In this document: positions 53,801 to 64,000 of the stretch, piece by piece
How the letters are laid out: each line of letters opens with the position of its first letter
Numbering within the stretch: the stretch's first letter is position 1
Assembly: GCA_964016885.1 (NCBI GenBank)
Contig: OZ024751.1
Location: 43,400,001-43,464,000, forward strand
DNA from: Eledone cirrhosa
Taxonomy: Eukaryota
Reading direction: 5' to 3'
Length of the DNA stretch: 64,000 nucleotides
Position numbers and translations under genes: made by a program
The notes under the pieces: generated by a model
Seen by the model: the letters and a program-made list of their open reading frames with translations, nothing else
Databases searched by the model: none
What the model was told of the DNA's origin: nothing

Positions 53801-56800
53801 AATAGGACCACATAGGACCACACAGGACCACACAGGATCAGATAGTACCGAATAGGACCACATAGGACCACACAGGACCACATAGGACCACACAGGACCA
53901 CACAGGACCACATAGGACCACACAGGACGACATAGGACCACATAGGACTACACAGGACCACACAGGAACACATAGGACCACATAGGACCACACAGGACCA
54001 CATAGGACCACATAGGACCACATATGACCACACAGGACCACATAGGACCACATAGGACCACATAGGACCACATAGGACCACATAGGACCATACAGGACCA
54101 CATAGGACCACATAGGACCACATAGGACCATATAGGACCATATAGGACCACACAGGACCACATAGGACCACATAGGACCACATAGGACTACATAGGACCA
54201 CATAGGACCACATAGGACCACATAGGACCACACAGGACCACACAGGACCACATAGGATCACATAGTACCACACAGGGCCACACAGGACCACACAGGACCA
54301 CACAGGACCACATAGGACCACATAGGACCACACAGGACCACATAGGACCACATAGGACCACACAGGACCACACAGGACCACATAGGACCACATAGGACCA
54401 CACAGGACCACACAGGACCACATAGGACCACATAGGACCACATAGGACCACATAGGACCACACAGGACCACACAGGACCACATAGGACCACATAGGACCA
54501 CACAGGACCACACAGGATCACATAGGACCAGATAAGACCACATAGGACCACATAGGACCACATAGGACCACACAGGACCACACAGGACCACACAGGACCA
54601 CATAGGACCAGATAGGACCACATAGGACCACACAGGACCACATAGGACCACATAGGACCACATAGGACCACACAGGACCACATAGGACCACATAGGACCA
54701 CATAGGACCACACAGGACCACACAGGATCACATAGGACCAGATAAGACCACATAGGACCACACAGGACCACACAGGACCACACAGGACCACATAGGAGCA
54801 CATAGGACCACATAGGACCACACAGGACCACACAGGACCACACAGGATCACATAGGACCAGATAAGACCACATAGGACCACATAGGACCACACAGGACCA
54901 CACAGGACCACATAGGAGCACATAGGACCACATAGGACCACACAGGACCACACAGGACCACACAGGACCACATAGGACCAGATAGGACCACATAGGACCA
55001 CACAGGACCACATAGGACCACATAGGACCACACAGGACCACATAGGACCACATAGGACCACACAGGACCACACAGGACCACACAGGACCACATAGGACCA
55101 CACAGGACCACATAGGACCACATAGGACAACACAGGACCACACAGGACCACACAGGACCACACAGGACCACACAGGACCACATAGGACCACATAGGACCA
55201 CACAGGACCACATAGGACCACATAGGACCACATAGGACCACACAGGACCACACAGGACCACAGAGGACCACATAGGACCACACAGGACCACACAGGACCT
55301 CATAGGACCACATAGGACCACATAGGACCACATAGGACCACACAGGATCACACAGGACCACACAGGACCACATAGGACCACATAGGACCGCATAGGACCA
55401 CACAGGACCACACAGGACCACATAGGACCACATAGGACCACACAGGACCACATAGGACCACATAGGACCACACAGGACCACACAGGACCACATAGGACCA
55501 CATAGGACTACATAGGACCACATAGGAGCACACAGGACCACACAGGACCACATAAGACCACATAGGACCACATAGAACCACATAGGACCACACAGGACCA
55601 CATAGTACCACATAGGATCACACAGGACCACATAGGACCACATAAGACCACATAGGACCACATAGGACCACATAGGACCACACAGGACCACATAGGACCA
55701 CATAGGACCACATAGGACCACATAGGACCACATAGGACCACACAGGACCACACAGGACCACATAGGACCACATAGGACCACATAGGACCACACGGGACCA
55801 TACAGGACCACATAGGACCACATAGGACCACATAGGACCACATAGGATTACATAGGACCACACAGGTCCACATAGGACCACATAGGACCACATAGGACCA
55901 CATAGGATCACATAGGACCACATAGGACCACATAGGACCACATAGGACCACACAGAACCACACAGGACCACATAGGACCACATAGGACCACACAGGACCA
56001 CACAGGATCAGATAGGACCGAATAGGACCACATAGGACCACACAGGATCAGATAGGACCGAATAGGACCACGTAGGACCACATAGGACCACATAGGACCA
56101 CACAGGACCACACGGGACCACATAGGACCACACAGGACCACACAGGACCACATAGGACCACATAGGACCACATAGGACCACATAGGACCACACAGGACAA
56201 CATAGGACCACATAGGACCACGCAGGACCACATAGGACCACATAGGACCACATAGGACCACATAGGACCATACAGGACCACATCGGACTACATAGGGCCA
56301 TATAGGACCACATAGGACCATATAGGACCACACAGGACCACATAGGACCACATAGGACCACATAGGACCACATAGGACCACATAGGACCACACAGGACCA
56401 CACAGGACCACATAGGATCACATAGGACCACACAGGGGCACACAGGACCACATAGGACCACATAGGACCACATAGGACCACACAGGACCACACAGGACCA
56501 CATAGGACCACACAGGACCACACAGGACCACATAGGACCACACAGGACCACACAGGACCACATAGGACCACATAGGACCACACAGGACCACATAGGACCA
56601 CATAGGACCACATAAGAACACACAGGACCACACAGGACCACATAGGACAACATAGGACCAGACAGGACCACACAGGACCGCATAGGACCACATAGGACCA
56701 CACAGGACCACACAGGACCACATAGGACCACATAGGACCACACAGAACCACACAGGACCACATAGGACCACATAGGACCACACAGGACCACATAGGACCA

Positions 56801-59800
56801 CATAGGACCACATAGGACCACACAGGACCACATAGGACCACATAGGACAACACAGGACCACACAGGACCACACAGGACCACACAGGACTACACAGGACCA
56901 CATAGGACCACATAGGACCACACAGGACCACATAGGACCACATAGAACCACATAGGACCACACAGGACCGCACAGGACCACATAGGACCACATAGGACCA
57001 CACAGGACCACACAGGACCTCATAGGACCACATAGGACCACATAGGACCACATAGGACCACACAGGATCACACAGGACCACACAGGACCACATAGGACCA
57101 CATAGGACCACATAGGACCACATAGGACCACATAGGACCACATAGGACCACATAGGACCAGATAGGACCATATAGGACCACACAGGACCACATAGGACCA
57201 CATAGGACCACATAGGACTACATAGGACCACATAGGACCACATAGGACCACATAGGACCACACAGGACCACACAGGACCACATAGGATCACATAGTACCA
57301 CACAGGGCCACACAGGACCACACAGGACCACACAGGACCACATAGGACCACATAGGACCACACAGGACCACATAGGACCACATAGGACCACACAGGACCA
57401 CACAGGACCACATAGGACCACATAGGACCACACAGGACCACACAGGACCACATAGGACCACATAGGACCACATAGGACCACATAGGACCACACAGGACCA
57501 CACAGGACCACATAGGACCACATAGGACCACACAGGACCACACAGGATCACATAGGACCAGATAAGACCACATAGGACCACATAGGACCACATAGGACCA
57601 CACAGGACCACACAGGACCACACAGGACCACATAGGACCAGATAGGACCACATAGGACCACACAGGACCACATAGGACCACATAGGACCACATAGGACCA
57701 CACAGGACCACATAGGACCACATAGGACCACATAGGACCACACAGGACCACACAGGATCACATAGGACCAGATAAGACCACATAGGACCACACAGGACCA
57801 CACAGGACCACACAGGACCACATAGGAGCACATAGGACCACATAGGACCACACAGGACCACACAGGACCACACAGGATCACATAGGACCAGATAAGACCA
57901 CATAGGACCACATAGGACCACACAGGACCACACAGGACCACATAGGAGCACATAGGACCACACAGGATCACATAGGACCAGATAAGACCACATAGGACCA
58001 CACAGGACCACACAGGACCACACAGGACCACATAGGACCACACAGGACCACATAGGACCACATAGGACCACACAGGACCACACAGGACCTCATAGGACCA
58101 CATAGGACCACATAGGACCACATAGGACCACACAGGATCACACAGGACCACACAGGACCACATAGGACCACATAGGACCACATAGGACCACATAGGACCA
58201 CATAGGACCACATAGGACCACATAGGACCAGATAGGACCATATAGGACCACACAGGACCACATAGGACCACATAGGACCACATAGGACTACATAGGACCA
58301 CATAGGACCACATAGGACCACATAGGACCACACAGGACCACACAGGACCACATAGGATCACATAGTACCACACAGGGCCACACAGGACCACACAGGACCA
58401 CACAGGACCACATAGGACCACATAGGACCACACAGGACCACATAGGACCACATAGGACCACACAGGACCACACAGGACCACATAGGACCACATAGGACCA
58501 CACAGGACCACACAGGACCACATAGGACCACATAGGACCACATAGGACCACATAGGACCACACAGGACCACACAGGACCACATAGGACCACATAGGACCA
58601 CACAGGACCACACAGGATCACATAGGACCAGATAAGACCACATAGGACCACATAGGACCACATAGGACCACACAGGACCACACAGGACCACACAGGACCA
58701 CATAGGACCAGATAGGACCACATAGGACCACACAGGACCACATAGGACCACATAGGACCACATAGGACCACACAGGACCACATAGGACCACATAGGACCA
58801 CATAGGACCACACAGGACCACACAGGATCACATAGGACCAGATAAGACCACATAGGACCACACAGGACCACACAGGACCACACAGGACCACATAGGAGCA
58901 CATAGGACCACATAGGACCACACAGGACCACACAGGACCACACAGGATCACATAGGACCAGATAAGACCACATAGGACCACATAGGACCACACAGGACCA
59001 CACAGGACCACATAGGAGCACATAGGACCACATAGGACCACACAGGACCACACAGGACCACACAGGACCACATAGGACCAGATAGGACCACATAGGACCA
59101 CACAGGACCACATAGGACCACATAGGACCACACAGGACCACATAGGACCACATAGGACCACACAGGACCACACAGGACCACACAGGACCACATAGGACCA
59201 CACAGGACCACATAGGACCACATAGGACAACACAGGACCACACAGGACCACACAGGACCACACAGGACCACACAGGACCACATAGGACCACATAGGACCA
59301 CACAGGACCACATAGGACCACATAGGACCACATAGGACCACACAGGACCACACAGGACCACAGAGGACCACATAGGACCACACAGGACCACACAGGACCT
59401 CATAGGACCACATAGGACCACATAGGACCACATAGGACCACACAGGATCACACAGGACCACACAGGACCACATAGGACCACATAGGACCGCATAGGACCA
59501 CACAGGACCACACAGGACCACATAGGACCACATAGGACCACACAGGACCACATAGGACCACATAGGACCACACAGGACCACACAGGACCACATAGGACCA
59601 CATAGGACTACATAGGACCACATAGGAGCACACAGGACCACACAGGACCACATAAGACCACATAGGACCACATAGAACCACATAGGACCACACAGGACCA
59701 CATAGTACCACATAGGATCACACAGGACCACATAGGACCACATAAGACCACATAGGACCACATAGGACCACATAGGACCACACAGGACCACATAGGACCA

Positions 59801-62800
59801 CATAGGACCACATAGGACCACATAGGACCACATAGGACCACACAGGACCACACAGGACCACATAGGACCACATAGGACCACATAGGACCACACGGGACCA
59901 CACAGGACCACATAGGACCACATAGGACCACATAGGACCACATAGGATTACATAGGACCACACAGGACCACATAGGACCACATAGGACCACATAGGACCA
60001 CATAGGATCACATAGGACCACATAGGACCACATAGGACCACATAGGACCACACAGAACCACACAGGACCACATAGGACCACATAGGACCACACAGGACCA
60101 CACAGGATCAGATAGGACCGAATAGGACCACATAGGACCACACAGGACCACACACGATCAGATAGGACCGAATAGGACCACGTAGGACCACATAGGACCA
60201 CATAGGACCACACAGGACCACACGGGACCACATAGGACCACACAGGACCACACAGGACCACATAGGACCACATAGGACCACATAGGACCACATAGGACCA
60301 CACAGGACAACATAGGACCACATAGGACCACGCAGGACCACATAGGACCACATAGGACCACATAGGACCACATAGGACCATACAGGACCACATCGGACTA
60401 CATAGGGCCATATAGGACCACATAGGACCATATAGGACCACACAGGACCACATAGGACCACATAGGACCACATAGGACCACATAGGACCACATAGGACCA
60501 CACAGGACCACACAGGACCACATAGGATCACATAGGACCACACAGGGGCACACAGGACCACATAGGACCACATAGGACCACATAGGACCACACAGGACCA
60601 CACAGGACCACATAGGACCACACAGGACCACACAGGACCACATAGGACCACACAGGACCACACAGGACCACATAGGACCACATAGGACCACACAGGACCA
60701 CATAGGACCACATAGGACCACATAAGACCACACAGGACCACACAGGACCACATAGGACAACATAGGACCAGACAGGACCACACAGGACCGCATAGGACCA
60801 CATAGGACCACACAGGACCACACAGGACCACATAGGACCACATAGGACCACACAGAACCACACAGGACCACATAGGACCACATAGGACCACACAGGACCA
60901 CATAGGACCACATAGGACCACATAGGACCACACAGGACCACATAGGACCACATAGGACAACACAGGACCACACAGGACCACACAGGACCACACAGGACTA
61001 CACAGGACCACATAGGACCACATAGGACCACACAGGACCACATAGGACCACATAGAACCACATAGGACCACACAGGACCGCACAGGACCACATAGGACCA
61101 CATAGGACCACACAGGACCACACAGGACCTCATAGGACCACATAGGACCACATAGGACCACATAGGACCACACAGGATCACACAGGACCACACAGGACCA
61201 CATAGGACCACATAGGACCACATAGGACCACATAGGACCACATAGGACCACATAGGACCACATAGGACCAGATAGGACCACATAGGACCACACAGGACCA
61301 CATCGGACCACACAGGACCACATAGGACCACATAGGACCACATAGGACCACACAGGACCACATCGGACCACACAGGACCACATAGGACCACATAGGACCA
61401 CACAGGACCACACAGGACCACATAGGACCACATAGGACCACATAGGACCACACAGGACCACACAGGACCACATAGGACCACAGAGGACCACATAGGACCA
61501 CACAGGACTACACAGGACCACATAGGACCACATAGGACCATACAGGACCACATAGGACCACAAAGGACCACACAGGACGACATAGGACCACATAGGACCA
61601 CATAGGACCACACAGGACTACACAAGACCACATAGGACCACATAGGACCACATAGGACTACATAGGACCACACAGGACCACACAGGACCACATAGGACAC
61701 ATAACACCACATAGGACCACACAGGACTACACAGGACCACATAGGAACACATAGGACCACACAGGACCACACAGGACCACACAGGAGCACATAGGACCAC
61801 ATAGGACCACATAGGACCACACAGGACCACACAGGACCACATAGGACCACATAGGACCACTTAGGACCACATAGGACCACACAGGACCACACAGGACCAC
61901 ATACGACCACATAGGACCAAATAGGACCACATAGGACCACATAGGACCACATAGGACCACACAGGACCACACAGGACCACATAGGACCACATAGGACCAC
62001 ATAGGACCACATAGGACCACACGGGACCACACAGGACCACACAGGACCATACAGGACCACATAGGACCACATAGGACCACACAGGACCACACAGGACCAC
62101 ATAGGACCACATAGGACCACACAGGACCACATAGGACCACATAGGACCACATAGGCCCACATAGGACCACATAGGACCACATAGGACGACATAGGACCAC
62201 ATAGGACCACATAGGACCACACAGGACCACATAGGACCACACAGGACCACATAGGCCCACACAGGACCACATAGGACCACATAGGACCACATAGGACCAC
62301 ATAGGACCACATAGGACCACACGGTACCACATAGGACCACATAGGATCACACAGGACCACATAGGACCACATAGGACCACATAGGACCACATAGGACCAC
62401 ATAGGACCACATAGGACCACACAGGACCACATAGGACCACATAGGACCACATAGGACCACACAGGACCACACAGGACCACACAGGACCACATAGGACCAC
62501 ATAGGACCACATAGGACCACACAGGACCACACAGGACCACATAGGACCACATAGGACCACATATGACCACACAGGACCACACAGGACCACACAGGACCAC
62601 ATAGGACCACATAGGACCACACAGGACCACATACGACCACATAGGATCACATAGGACCACATAGGACCACATAGGACCACATAGGACCACACAGGACCAC
62701 ACAGGACCACATAGGACCACATAGGACCACACAGGACCACACAGGATCAGATAGGACCGAATAGGACCACATAGGACCACACAGGACCACATAGGACCAC

Positions 62801-64000
62801 ACAGGACCACATACGACCACATAGAATCACATAGGACCACATAGGACCACATAGGACCACATAGGACCACACAGGACCACACAGGACCACATAGGACCAC
62901 ATAGGACCACACAGGACCACACAGGATCAGATAGGACCGAATAGGACCACATAGGACCACACAGGACCACATAGGACCACACAGGACCACACAGGACCAC
63001 ATAGGACTACACAGGACCACACAGGACCACATAGGACCACATAGGACCACATAGGACCACATATGACCACACAGGACCACATAGGACCACATAGGACCAC
63101 ATAGGACCACATAGGACCACATAGGACCACACAGGACCACATAGGACTACATAGGACCACGTAGGACCACATAGGACCACATAGGACCACATAGGACCAC
63201 ATAGGACCATACAGGACCACATAGGACCACATAGGACCACATAGGACCATATAGGACCATATAGGACCACACAGGACCACATAGGACCACATAGGACCAC
63301 ATAGGACCACATAGGACCACATAGGACCACATAGGACCACATAGGACCACACAGGACCACACAGGACCACATAGGATCACATAGGACCACACAGGGCCAC
63401 ACAGGACCACACAGGACGATACAGGACCACATAGGACCACATAGGACCACACAGGACCACATAGGACCACATAGGACCACACAGGACCACACAGGACCAC
63501 ATAGGACCACATATGACCACACAGGACCACACAGGACCACATAGGACCACATAGGACCACATAGGACCACATAGGACCACACAGGACCACACAGGACCAC
63601 ATAGGACCACATAGGACCACACAGGACCACACAGGATCACATAGGACCAGATAAGACCACATAGGACCACATAGGACCACATAGGACCACACAGGACCAC
63701 ACAGGACCACACAGGACCACATAGGACCAGATAGGACCACATAGGACCACACAGGACCACATCGGACCACATAGGACCACATAGGACCACATAGGACCAC
63801 ACAGGACCACACAGGACCACATAGGACCACACAGGACCACATAGGACCACATAGGACAATACAGGACCACACAGGACCACACAGGACCACACAGGACCAC
63901 ACAGGACCACATAGGACCACATAGGACCACACAGGACCACATAGGACCACATAGGATAACACAGGACCACACAGGACCACACAGGACCACATAGGACCAC
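50846..64000. repeat. 10-bp satellite (GGACCACAYA)n, >13 kb, running off the window
   Basis: Continuous cataggacca/cacaggacca units; all 50.8-64 kb ORFs derive from it. Confidence 0.98.

Noticed and set aside
50771-64000. Long minus-strand VVLCGPMWSY ORFs (up to 870 aa)
   Set aside because: All frames give the same repeat peptide from a 10-bp satellite; there is no unique domain or splice context.

Overview
AT-rich, microsatellite-saturated eukaryotic (metazoan) genomic DNA. The SINE families and repeat landscape resemble an octopus/cephalopod genome (inference). The + strand carries at least five phase-compatible GT-AG exons (7707-22683) of an ADAMTS-like/papilin-type extracellular protein with TSP1 repeats and an Ig domain, plus a possible Asn-rich terminal exon. 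A full-length, intact R4/Dong-clade RT-RLE non-LTR retrotransposon (ORF 39494-42886) sits in a (TAA)n tract, inside a nest of L1/Tx1-like and Dong 3' fragments. There are many tRNA-derived SINE copies, RTE fragments, several minisatellites and a >13 kb 10-bp satellite (50846 to the end). The most striking unannotated signal is in the short unique islands between (TA)n tracts. They are mostly long fold-back palindromes or dispersed repeats, and about ten carry complete type I hammerhead-ribozyme folds (CUGANGA...GAAA...UH, usually with a self-complementary stem III), with further degenerate ones. These include a ~731-bp tandemly permuted non-coding element with covarying hammerheads. The pattern points to several families of non-autonomous, hammerhead-bearing (Penelope-derived or retrozyme-like) retroelements that accumulate in (TA)n. 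Most ORFs in the supplied track are microsatellite or satellite artefacts. All RNA folds were read by eye, not computed.
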